Shown in pieces: positions 46,374 to 54,696 of a stretch of DNA of 64,000 bases (position 1 is the stretch's first letter; every line of letters starts with the position of its first letter). The DNA is from an uncultured Gammaproteobacteria bacterium. Lineage in GTDB: Bacteria; Patescibacteriota; Patescibacteriia; Magasanikbacterales; GWA2-37-8. The notes beneath the pieces are model-generated. The model did not search any database. It was not told the DNA's origin and saw nothing but the letters and a program-made list of their open reading frames with translations. The stretch lies in NCBI GenBank assembly GCA_964482695.1, contig CAYZYP010000001.1:132143-196142 (forward strand). The letters run 5' to 3'. The position numbers and the translations under genes are program-made.

Positions 46374-46581
46374 TTGTATAGGATAGTCTAGACAAATACT
46401 AACATATAATGTGGATAAAGTCAATACCGCTTAGTTATATTACATGATAAACTTTAAAAACTTTTAACTTTATAACTATTTTGTATAGGCTTGTGTATAC
46501 AAATTTTATAAAAATAAGCTAAAATTAGGTAATTAAATTAGATATAAAATTGTATAGGCTTGTGTATACAAATTTTATAAA
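46374..46581. promoter_or_regulatory. Three operator-like repeats, HTH promoter and DnaA box
   Basis: Identical 32-mer ttgtataggcttgtgtatacaaattttataaa at 46481 and 46550; 20/24 copy at 46374; minus-strand TTGACT-N17-TAGTAT with TTATCCACA in the spacer. Confidence 0.65.
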
Positions 46582-46612
46582 TTTTAAATTTAAATTCTAA
46601 ATTGACACGGAG

Positions 46613-46686
46613 TGTCATCCCCGCGTAAGCGGGGATTCAGTTAGTAAAATAGTATGGGCTGGATTCCCGCTTACGCGGGAATGATA
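46613..46686. repeat. TGTCAT-type palindromic element with dRS3-like core
   Basis: tgtcatccccgcgtaagcggggattcag...ctggattcccgcttacgcgggaatgata; 46663-46682 fits ATTCCC-N8-GGGAAT. Confidence 0.85.
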
Positions 46687-46717
46687 TATTAACATTTAGT
46701 ATTTTTTCATTAAAACG

Positions 46718-46746
46718 TTGACTTCCCACTACTATTTTGCTATAAT
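46718..46746 (+). promoter_or_regulatory. Sigma70-type promoter
   Basis: TTGACT-N17-TATAAT with extended TG. Confidence 0.7.
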
Positions 46747-46790
46747 CCGTGCTATTATCATGAATAACACCGTTGATGTTAAGTGAGGGG

Positions 46791-46818
46791 TGTAACATTT
46801 TGGTGTTTTTTTCGTCTA
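46791..46818 (+). promoter_or_regulatory. ECF-type promoter
   Basis: TGTAAC-N16-CGTCTA immediately upstream of the ECF sigma gene. Confidence 0.65.
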
Positions 46819-46833
46819 CATTAATATAACGAC

Positions 46834-47433
46834 ATGGCAAGCAAAATAAAACAAAAAATATTACTGTTCCGCTTGCAATCAAAACCAGACCCAGAAGCCT
46901 ACGCCGAGCTATATGATTTATACGTCAAACAAATTTATCGTTTTGTTTATTTTAAAGTTTCTAGTCACGAAGAAGCAGAAGATATAACATCAGAGATTTT
47001 TTTAAAAGCATGGCGTTATATAAATAACAATGCCAATAAAAGAATAAATAGTTTTAGCGGATTACTTTATAGATTAGCTCGAAACGCGATTGTAGATTTA
47101 TATAGGCAAAAAGCAAAGCGACCAGAGGTAAGTTTTACAGAAAATTTAAATAAAGAAAAATTTATTACTGGAAGTGAAAAACAAAACAATAATGAAATAA
47201 AAAAAGCAATAGGCGATGAAGGTAAATGGCAAAAAGATTTAGAAACTAAAATAGAGACAGAAAGATTGTTAAAAACTTTACAGAGATTAAAACACGAATA
47301 TAAAGAAATAATTACTTTGCGTTTTGTGGATGAATTAGAGATGAATGAAATCGCGGAAATAACCGGTAAAGGCAAGGTAGCGGTGAGAGTGATGTTACAC
47401 AGGGCGTTAAAAAGGTTAAAAGCTTTACAATAA
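46834..47433 (+). CDS. ECF RNA polymerase sigma factor
   Basis: AEDITSEIFLKAW and LYRLARNAIVDLYR (region 2); EIAEITGK...VRVMLHRALKRLK (region 4). Confidence 0.93.
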   Translation: MASKIKQKILLFRLQSKPDPEAYAELYDLYVKQIYRFVYFKVSSHEEAEDITSEIFLKAWRYINNNANKRINSFSGLLYRLARNAIVDLYRQKAKRPEVSFTENLNKEKFITGSEKQNNNEIKKAIGDEGKWQKDLETKIETERLLKTLQRLKHEYKEIITLRFVDELEMNEIAEITGKGKVAVRVMLHRALKRLKALQ

Positions 47434-47456
47434 AAACTTTGCTAAAATACATATTT

Positions 47457-48800
47457 ATGAATGAGCTTAAAAACGGATTAAAAAGATTAAGACATGGGGC
47501 GATAAATCCCAGAGAAGAATGGTTGACAAAAAACCGTGATTTTTTGTTGTCTCAAATTAAGAACACTGTAGCTCCGAGAGAAGAAGAAAAATTCAATTTA
47601 GATAAAGTTTGGTTAGCGATGAGTATTTTATTGCCTCGCAATTTTGTTTATGGCGTAGTCCGCCCCTTGGCAGTAGTGTTTTTAATTTTTGTCGTTGGTT
47701 CAAGCGGTTGGATAGCCACAGTGGCCGCGTCTCAAGATTCTTTGCCCGGCGAATGGCTTTATCCGGCTAAAAGAGTCACAGAGAAAACCCAGGTAGCGGC
47801 CGCTACTGTGGTTGGTGATAAAAAGACAGAAACAAACTTGCGAGTAGAATTTGCCAAACGCCGCGCGGTGGAAACAAAAAAATTGGTGGTTAGCCAAGAG
47901 CCGGAAAAAATCAAAAAAGCGCCAAGAGTGGTAGAAGATTTAAAACAAGAAATAAAACAGGTGAACGCCAATTTAGAAGAAATTAAAAAAGAATCAACCG
48001 CAAGCAATAACGTGTCGGCAGAAGCGGTAAAAAATATTAATAAAGAAACCGAACAAATTAAAACTATTTTACAAGAAGTTAAAACTGGCCTTATAGCGGC
48101 AAGTTCAAGTGAAAAAAATACTTTATTAGCGGATAATGTGGCGCAGGCAAAAGGCTTGGCAAAAGAAACCGCTATTAAAGCCGTAGAAGTTTTGGTTGGT
48201 AAGCATTTACAAGGTGATAATACTGTTACTAACGAAGACGTAAAAGAAGCTATAAATAATCAGGTAAAATCTGTGCAAGCCGAAGTTGTTGTTAATAAAA
48301 TAGATATGGCGAAGGTAGAAAAAGCCGTAGAAGCGGCTGTTAAAAAAGAAGATCAACAACAAAGCAAAGACAGCAAAACAAACGTTGAAAGCAAAATTGA
48401 CGATAAGTTAACCAAAATAGAAGAAGTAGCCAAACAAACCAAAGAAGCAGTTACCAAAGTACAAGAAGTGGCGCAGAGTGTGGATAAAAAAACTACTGAA
48501 ACAGAAAATTTATTATCAAAAAATGATCTGGCCCAAGCTGTAAAAGTGGTGCGCGAAGCAAGCGAAGCCACCAATACAGTAGAGAAAGTAGCCGGAGAAA
48601 CAATGAAAGCTTTGCAAACTGCCGCGCCAGCTGTAATAGCCAAAATAGTTGGCATGAGTGTTCCTACAACTACCGTGACCGGCACAGTTGATGATGTCGC
48701 AAAAATTAACACGAGTACTGTTTCTAGTTCTACGTCTGGTATTAAGACAGCTACCACAACAGCAATAGAGGCTAAAAAAGTAGAAGTAAAAAATAATTAA
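47457..48800 (+). CDS. Putative anti-sigma membrane protein (DUF5667-like, coiled-coil)
   Basis: Single TM then SLPGEWLYPAKRVTEK motif and long helical C-terminus; follows the ECF sigma. Confidence 0.65.
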   Translation: MNELKNGLKRLRHGAINPREEWLTKNRDFLLSQIKNTVAPREEEKFNLDKVWLAMSILLPRNFVYGVVRPLAVVFLIFVVGSSGWIATVAASQDSLPGEWLYPAKRVTEKTQVAAATVVGDKKTETNLRVEFAKRRAVETKKLVVSQEPEKIKKAPRVVEDLKQEIKQVNANLEEIKKESTASNNVSAEAVKNINKETEQIKTILQEVKTGLIAASSSEKNTLLADNVAQAKGLAKETAIKAVEVLVGKHLQGDNTVTNEDVKEAINNQVKSVQAEVVVNKIDMAKVEKAVEAAVKKEDQQQSKDSKTNVESKIDDKLTKIEEVAKQTKEAVTKVQEVAQSVDKKTTETENLLSKNDLAQAVKVVREASEATNTVEKVAGETMKALQTAAPAVIAKIVGMSVPTTTVTGTVDDVAKINTSTVSSSTSGIKTATTTAIEAKKVEVKNN

Positions 48801-48884
48801 AATTAAAAAGATTCTCTTTCCTAAATGTGGATAGAAAAAGTGAATTTGTATCTATTTTAGGAGAGGGAAAAGTTAATAATTTGT

Positions 48885-49081
48885 CTCTTGCCAATTTGGT
48901 GGGGGAAAGCGGCCATGGCCAAAAGGTCGAGGGCTCCATAAGGAGTTCGCCAAGCCATTGTAACCTTGCTGAAGTTAATTGTTAAATTAACAAAAGCGGG
49001 TACACATGCCTAGCCGACTGACTTTTAAGCGGTTTACACTGTTTAAAACGCGCAGTTGACAAAGGTAATTAATTTATAATT
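48885..49081 (+). ncRNA. Candidate structured 5' leader of the S-layer-like gene
   Basis: Several stems (gggctcc/ggagttc, gttaatt/aattaac, ttttaa/ttaaaa), locally GC-richer, no plus-strand ORF. Confidence 0.4.
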
Positions 49082-52000
49082 ATGTCCGATATATACAAAA
49101 TGACAAAGAAAGTCTTTACCGTCGGCGTAGTAGTAACCACAATTTTGTGGTCATTGGGCGCGGCAGTATTGGTGCCAACCGTGGCAAACGCGGCTGACGC
49201 TTCCTGCCCAACCTTAAAAGCTGGCGACAACGTCAAGGTAGACGATGTCACCAAGCCTGCTATCTACTCTGTTGGTGCAGACATGAAAGTCTATTATTAC
49301 CCAACTGGCGATGAATTCAAGAGTTGGAATACCGATGAAAAATACGCTGGTTACTATACAAAAGTAACTCAGACATGTTTTGATAGTTTAGCATTACCAT
49401 CTACTTATCCAGGTGGCGTAAACTATCGCGCTGGTTCATACTTAGTTAAACGCGGTTCATCTGACAAATTGTATGTGGTCATGCCAAACAACACCAAGAA
49501 AGAAATTACCGTGGCCGCTGCCAAGATTTTGTATGGTACTAGCTATACTGTAAAAACAGTCGGTGATGCTTTCTGGCCAAACTACGTCACAACTGCCACT
49601 GGCACGATTGACGTAAATTCCAGCGGTATCATCAATCCACAAGAAGGTCAATTCGTAAAAGTAGGTACTGTGACCTATTATGTTGATTCCAATAGCACTT
49701 TGAAAGAAGTTGATTCTGCTGGCCTAACTGCCAATAGAGTTAAAACTGCTTTTGTCCGCATTTTGGATTCAAAGTATATCACTGGTATGACAATCTCGTC
49801 CGCCAAGATTAGCGCCGAGGTTACGACAATGACTGATAGGACACAGGGAGCTGGTGGAAGTGTTGTAGTAACTCCTCCAGTAACAGGCACAGGCACCTTG
49901 TCTGTTAGCTTGTCTGCTACCACCCCAACCGGCGGTAGTATCGCGACTGGCGCGAATGCCAACATGTTAGGTCTTACCTTAACAGCTGGCTCAACAGCCG
50001 TAAAAATAAAGAAAATTGCTGTTACCCAATATGGCTTGTCTGATACCAACGACTTGGAAAATTTAAAAGTCGTTGATGAAACAGGCTTGTTAATAGGCAA
50101 TTTGGTAAGCGCTGTCAATAGCGTTCGCCAAGCTGTATTTACTTTCCCAACACCAATAGATATTGCTGCCAATGGCACCAAGACCTATTATGTGCGCGCT
50201 GGTATTAATTCTACCAACGGCACAACCGGCAATACCGTTATTTTGGGTGTTGCCGCTGCTACTGATGTTACCTTGGATTCCGGTACTGTAAGTGGTACTT
50301 ATCCAATTAAAGGTAATACCTTTAGTATCGTAGCTACTACAGTTGGCTCTGTATCTGTAACAAACGATGGCAGTGTAACAGACACTACCCCAGATGCTGG
50401 TGATACCAATGTAGTATTAAATAAATTCAAAGTTACCGCTGGTTCTACCGAAGATGTTACAATAGAAGACATGACTTTCTTGGAATCTGGCACAGCTTCT
50501 ATTAGTGACTATTCAAATTTAGAGTTATGGGATGTTGTCGCGGCCAAATCATTGGGTGAAATTTCCACCTGGAATGCCGAAGGCAAAGCTCATTTCAAGA
50601 ATCTAAATATCAAAGTAGAAAAAGGTAAATCTTATCGCTTTGAATTACGCACCGACGTATTAAGCGGCTCTGGTTTAACTATGAACGCCGACTTAGTAGA
50701 CGGCAGTGATGTACTCATGGGCGTAAAAGGCAATAGTTTTGCTTTCTACTTAACACCAAGCGTAACAGGCTCTTGGACAGGTAAAGGCGGAAGCGGTGCT
50801 ACCGTAACAGACCAAACAATTAACAGTGGCAGTCTAAATGTAAGTGTTTCTTCCAAATCTCCGGCAGCTGGCAATGTTTCCGCTGGCGATGATATTTTGG
50901 TAGGCGCTTTCAGCTTTGAAGCCAGAGGTGAACAAGTGTTGGTAACTAATTTAGTTGTCAACTTTGATCTCACTACCATGCTTTATAGCGAAGTTACCGC
51001 TGTTAAAGTAAAAGATAGTGCTGGCAGTATAGTTGCTGGTCCAGTAGACGCTGCTACCGTATCGGGTGGTGGTGAAGTTACTTTTTCTGATAGTTTTATA
51101 GTACCAATTGGCCAGAACGATTATTACGTTTATGCCACAATTTCAACAAATGTTAGTGCTGGCGATATAATCCAGACTGATATTGATGCGGCCGGTGATA
51201 TTACCTGCAAAGGTTATTCAACAGGCACATCTATTACTCCAACCGTAAGTAGTGCGGCTGCTGCCAGTTTGACAGTTAGCTCAGCTGCTTTACAAGCTGT
51301 TACATTAACCACCCCAGCGCTGCGTGATATTGCTCCTGGCGTCCAAGATATGGTCTGGATGACTGGTGCTTTGCGCGCTTCTAACTCTGGCGAGGATATC
51401 GTGGTTACAACCGTTGTATTAGAAGATACTTTGGGTGATGCGGGTGATAATGCCAATGATATAGACAACGTAGAAATTTGGGCAGACTTAACCAATGATA
51501 GTTCAACTCGCGGTGATGTCTATGAAACAAAAGTGTCTAACACCGAACAGTTTGTTGATTCAGCTGCTACCGACGAAACTTTGTCTTTCACTTTGTCTTC
51601 GGCTATTACTGTGCCAAAGAACGGTGAAATAAAGATAGCTGTTCTTGCGGATTTAGCCGCTGGCGCCACAGCCACTGATACCCATACTATTAGTTTTGAT
51701 ACTGATAGTGGTGATGTATCTGGTTATGGCAAGTCTACAGGAATAACAGCTAATGCTACACCAACTGGCGCTGGTCAGACAATGACTGTTGCCGCCAATG
51801 GCACCTTAACATTAACTGTTGATGGATCTTCTCCATCTGCCAAATTAGTTTATGGTGGCCAAACCGATGTTGAATTAGCTATATTCCGTTTAGCTGCTAA
51901 CAACGTAGAAAATCTTGATGTTGATAGCATTAAGATTACCGATGACGGCAGTGATAATGCTGTTGCCACATATAAATTCTATGTCGGCACTACATTATTA

Positions 52001-52750
52001 GGTACAATTTCTGGTGGTGCGACAGCCGAAATTTTCTTGGCTGATAACACCGTTTATGTACCGGCTAACGACAATATCAAGGTAACCGTAAAAGGTGACA
52101 TGTCTACTGTTGATGGTTCAACTGTTGCCAATGGCAATACCGCAGTAGTTACTGTGGCTGCCGCTGGTGATATTGATACCACCGGAAAGTCATCTGGCGC
52201 GGCTGTTGATAGCACACAGACTAGTGTAGATGCTGCTATCCACACCTTATATAACGCTTATCCAAGCGTAGCGTTCGCCAACGATACACCAGGCGGCACA
52301 TTGATTCCAAATGCCAATTTATTGGTAGCCAAAATCAATATTACCGCTAATGGTAATGATGATATTACATTCCAGAACGGTGATGGCAGCAGCTTATTGT
52401 TGCAAGTAGCCGCTTCTAGAGGCGATGCTTCGGGTGGTACTGATGATTTAATCATCAAAGACAAGAATGGCAACACTTTGTGTTCCACTTCCACCTATAG
52501 CTTTGTAACCACAACCGAATGGACTTGCGACTTCTCTACCAATTCGTTAACAGTCGCCAAAGGCACGACAGAGGTTATCTATGTCTATGCCGATACTGCC
52601 AGTTTTGAAGACAGTGGTGATTCTATCCAGATTTGGTTAGATGATACTGCTGGCGACATTGATTGGGGTATTAACGGTTCTGGTTCGTTCAACAAGGGCG
52701 ATATCATTTTCCGTGGTGATAAATACGGTGGCGCTTTCAGCAAGGCCTAA
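49082..52750 (+). CDS. Large secreted S-layer-like surface protein (1222 aa)
   Basis: Signal peptide ending ANA-A; Thr/Ser/Gly/Val/Asp-rich tandem beta-sandwich-like modules starting G.L.V; codon usage differs from neighbours. Confidence 0.7.
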   Translation: MSDIYKMTKKVFTVGVVVTTILWSLGAAVLVPTVANAADASCPTLKAGDNVKVDDVTKPAIYSVGADMKVYYYPTGDEFKSWNTDEKYAGYYTKVTQTCFDSLALPSTYPGGVNYRAGSYLVKRGSSDKLYVVMPNNTKKEITVAAAKILYGTSYTVKTVGDAFWPNYVTTATGTIDVNSSGIINPQEGQFVKVGTVTYYVDSNSTLKEVDSAGLTANRVKTAFVRILDSKYITGMTISSAKISAEVTTMTDRTQGAGGSVVVTPPVTGTGTLSVSLSATTPTGGSIATGANANMLGLTLTAGSTAVKIKKIAVTQYGLSDTNDLENLKVVDETGLLIGNLVSAVNSVRQAVFTFPTPIDIAANGTKTYYVRAGINSTNGTTGNTVILGVAAATDVTLDSGTVSGTYPIKGNTFSIVATTVGSVSVTNDGSVTDTTPDAGDTNVVLNKFKVTAGSTEDVTIEDMTFLESGTASISDYSNLELWDVVAAKSLGEISTWNAEGKAHFKNLNIKVEKGKSYRFELRTDVLSGSGLTMNADLVDGSDVLMGVKGNSFAFYLTPSVTGSWTGKGGSGATVTDQTINSGSLNVSVSSKSPAAGNVSAGDDILVGAFSFEARGEQVLVTNLVVNFDLTTMLYSEVTAVKVKDSAGSIVAGPVDAATVSGGGEVTFSDSFIVPIGQNDYYVYATISTNVSAGDIIQTDIDAAGDITCKGYSTGTSITPTVSSAAAASLTVSSAALQAVTLTTPALRDIAPGVQDMVWMTGALRASNSGEDIVVTTVVLEDTLGDAGDNANDIDNVEIWADLTNDSSTRGDVYETKVSNTEQFVDSAATDETLSFTLSSAITVPKNGEIKIAVLADLAAGATATDTHTISFDTDSGDVSGYGKSTGITANATPTGAGQTMTVAANGTLTLTVDGSSPSAKLVYGGQTDVELAIFRLAANNVENLDVDSIKITDDGSDNAVATYKFYVGTTLLGTISGGATAEIFLADNTVYVPANDNIKVTVKGDMSTVDGSTVANGNTAVVTVAAAGDIDTTGKSSGAAVDSTQTSVDAAIHTLYNAYPSVAFANDTPGGTLIPNANLLVAKINITANGNDDITFQNGDGSSLLLQVAASRGDASGGTDDLIIKDKNGNTLCSTSTYSFVTTTEWTCDFSTNSLTVAKGTTEVIYVYADTASFEDSGDSIQIWLDDTAGDIDWGINGSGSFNKGDIIFRGDKYGGAFSKA

Positions 52751-52794
52751 TCATAGGTTTTGCTAATGCTGGCAGGGTTAACCTGTTTAGCACC

Positions 52795-52821
52795 GTAAGG
52801 ACAGGACATGTCCTGTCCTAC
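52795..52821. repeat. REP-like palindrome
   Basis: gtaaggacaggacatgtcctgtcctac; GTAG-type ends. Confidence 0.6.
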
Positions 52822-52830
52822 AACCAACAA

Positions 52831-52867
52831 GCACCTCTCGCGCAAGCGGGGGGTGTTTTGTTTTTTT
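52831..52867 (+). terminator. Intrinsic terminator of S-layer-like gene
   Basis: gcacctctcgc-gcaa-gcggggggtgt followed by T tract. Confidence 0.8.
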
Positions 52868-52870
52868 GCT

Positions 52871-52899
52871 TTGACAGTTAGAGGATTTTAGTTTAAAAT
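52871..52899 (+). promoter_or_regulatory. Sigma70-type promoter
   Basis: TTGACA-N17-TAAAAT. Confidence 0.7.
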
Positions 52900-52908
52900 A
52901 ACATCAAG

Positions 52909-53026
52909 TATTAGTGGCAAATACATATTTTTTTATAAAAAAGCAGTTATCCGTTTGCCTTTTTGCCTTTCGGCAAAAAGTTTTCCGACTACTTTTTTAT
53001 AAAAAAATATGTATTTGCCACTAATA
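52909..53026. repeat. Long hairpin element, copy 2 (perfect 35-bp stem around a conserved core)
   Basis: 52909-52943 is the exact reverse complement of 52992-53026; the core matches 18893-19019. Confidence 0.9.
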
Positions 53027-53058
53027 TAAAGCGTAAATTTTTTTTATTAATATTTTTT

Positions 53059-53748
53059 ATGGAACAAGATGAATTAGAAGTAAATTTGCAATCAAATAAA
53101 ACACCGGAAATAAAAAAGAAGAAATATTGGTGGTATATTTTGCTGGTTGTTATTTTGTTAATTGTTGGTGGTTGTTTGGTGTTGGTGAAATACAAAGTAT
53201 TAAATATTGGAATACTTAATATTAAAAAGATAGGCGAAATTATAAAGCCGGACAAACAAGCAGATACTATTTTGAAAATAGATTCTAGCGAAGTGGCAAA
53301 AGTAGATACCAGTAAATGGCGTGATTTCGTTTACGAATATTTTGGCTATAAATTAAAAGTGCCGAACAATGTTATGGTTGGTGGCTCTACAGATTACAAT
53401 GCCACTTCTAGTTTAAGGCAAGGAGACAAAAAATATAGTTTAGCTGTAAGCAGATCAGATGAATATTATATTTATTTTTTCCCAGAAGGCGGTTTTAGTT
53501 ATGCTAATAAGCAATTATATAAAACTCCCATAAAATCATATAGTTCCAAAATAAATTCAAAGCCTGTTACTGTTAACCAATATGATGATGAAAATATTCA
53601 TATAATTTTTGACAATTACCATGGCTTTGTGATTAGAGTCTTTGTTGACAAAGATAAACAAGAATACTGGCCAGTGGTAGAAAAGATTTTGCAACTAGCT
53701 GATTTAACAGATAACATTCCGGCAATTACAACTAGCACAAAGAAATAA
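53059..53748 (+). CDS. Membrane-anchored hypothetical protein
   Basis: ATG 53059 lies after the hairpin element; KKKKYWW plus TM helix; DTSKWRDFVYEYFGYKLKVP motif. Confidence 0.7.
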   Translation: MEQDELEVNLQSNKTPEIKKKKYWWYILLVVILLIVGGCLVLVKYKVLNIGILNIKKIGEIIKPDKQADTILKIDSSEVAKVDTSKWRDFVYEYFGYKLKVPNNVMVGGSTDYNATSSLRQGDKKYSLAVSRSDEYYIYFFPEGGFSYANKQLYKTPIKSYSSKINSKPVTVNQYDDENIHIIFDNYHGFVIRVFVDKDKQEYWPVVEKILQLADLTDNIPAITTSTKK

Positions 53749-53751
53749 TAT

Positions 53752-54198
53752 ATGCGTTGTCCGGTTTGCAAACACAAGGATACCAGCGTAATTGATACTC
53801 GCCCTACCGAAGATGGTTTTTCTATCCGCCGTCGCAGGCAATGTGATAAATGCCATTATCGTTTCTCTACCATAGAGGACATAGAACTTTTGGACATAAT
53901 TGTTGTGAAAAGAGACGGTGTTAGAGAAAGTTATATGCGAGAAAAAATAGAAAACGGCATAAAAAGATCGCTTACCAAACGCCCATATACCCAAGACAAT
54001 TTTCATCGTTTAGTGCATAATATAGAGCGTGATATTCAGAAAAAGAAAGAGCGGGAAATTTCTAGCAATGAGGTGGGGGATATAATAATGAAGCATTTAA
54101 AGATTTTTGATAAGGTGGCCTACATTCGTTTTGCTAGTGTGTATCGGGATTTTAGAGATGTGGAATCATTTAAAAAAGAAATTGGGAAAATAAAATAA
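53752..54198 (+). CDS. nrdR: Transcriptional repressor NrdR
   Basis: MRCPVC..DTSVIDTR, IRRRRQC..C..RFSTIE, ATP-cone VVKRDG, DKVAYIRFASVY. Confidence 0.97.
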   Translation: MRCPVCKHKDTSVIDTRPTEDGFSIRRRRQCDKCHYRFSTIEDIELLDIIVVKRDGVRESYMREKIENGIKRSLTKRPYTQDNFHRLVHNIERDIQKKKEREISSNEVGDIIMKHLKIFDKVAYIRFASVYRDFRDVESFKKEIGKIK

Positions 54199-54238
54199 TT
54201 TTTAGTATATATTTCAGCATTTGTTAACAATGAAGTAT

Positions 54239-54658
54239 ATGTTTAAACACAAAAATCATTCCGCGCCAAAAGAAGAAAAGCCGATAGAAGAAACAGGCGT
54301 GGAGAGCGAGGTAAAAATTAAAGAGAATAGGCAAGTAGATTTGGGATCTATTAAGGAACTCATGGAAAAGAATTTGAAATGGTCGCAGATTATTTATGAG
54401 CAGAATAGAAAGATAAATCATAAATTGATGTGGGCGGCGATTTTTTCGTGGTTTCGACTGCTAGTTATTTTGGTGCCATTGGCATTGGCAATTTGGTTTT
54501 TACCGTCTTTGATGAAAGATGTTTGGAAACAGTATGGCGATTTATTAGGTATTTCCAGTAGCAGTACCACCACTCAAAAGAGTTCTTTGGAAAGTTTGCT
54601 CAAAATGTTTAATTTATCACCAGCGCAACAGGGCCAGATAAAGGGACTTGTGAAGTAA
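54239..54658 (+). CDS. Hypothetical membrane protein
   Basis: ELMEKNLKWSQIIYEQ coiled region plus TM helix; start uncertain (54221-54239). Confidence 0.65.
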   Translation: MFKHKNHSAPKEEKPIEETGVESEVKIKENRQVDLGSIKELMEKNLKWSQIIYEQNRKINHKLMWAAIFSWFRLLVILVPLALAIWFLPSLMKDVWKQYGDLLGISSSSTTTQKSSLESLLKMFNLSPAQQGQIKGLVK

Positions 54659-54684
54659 TATCCCTTGGCGTGACGTGTAAACAA
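54653..54684 (+). promoter_or_regulatory. 32-nt leader motif shared with 62362-62393
   Basis: aagtaatatcccttggcgtgacgtgtaaacaa, 29/32 identical to the second copy. Confidence 0.55.
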
Positions 54685-54696
54685 TGTTACAAGAGT

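Noticed and set aside
46481-46581. Mini CRISPR array (32-bp repeat, 37-bp spacer)
   Set aside because: Only two exact units, no cas genes in the window, and a third degenerate copy sits out of register over a promoter; better explained as operators
46400-46612. Replication origin
   Set aside because: Only one perfect DnaA box, no dnaA/dnaN nearby and no evident change in gene orientation across the site; full-genome skew is needed
49457-52494. Multiple antisense ORFs inside the S-layer-like gene, and similar shadow ORFs elsewhere
   Set aside because: Fully overlap well-supported genes and are explained by codon bias; no motifs
52963-53058. N-terminal extension of the 52963 ORF
   Set aside because: Derives from reading through the hairpin element; ATG 53059 is the plausible start
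54653-54684. SAM/SAH riboswitch suggested by TGGCGTGACG
   Set aside because: The required upstream GTCACAACGGCTTCC part is absent in both copies and the downstream genes are unrelated to SAM
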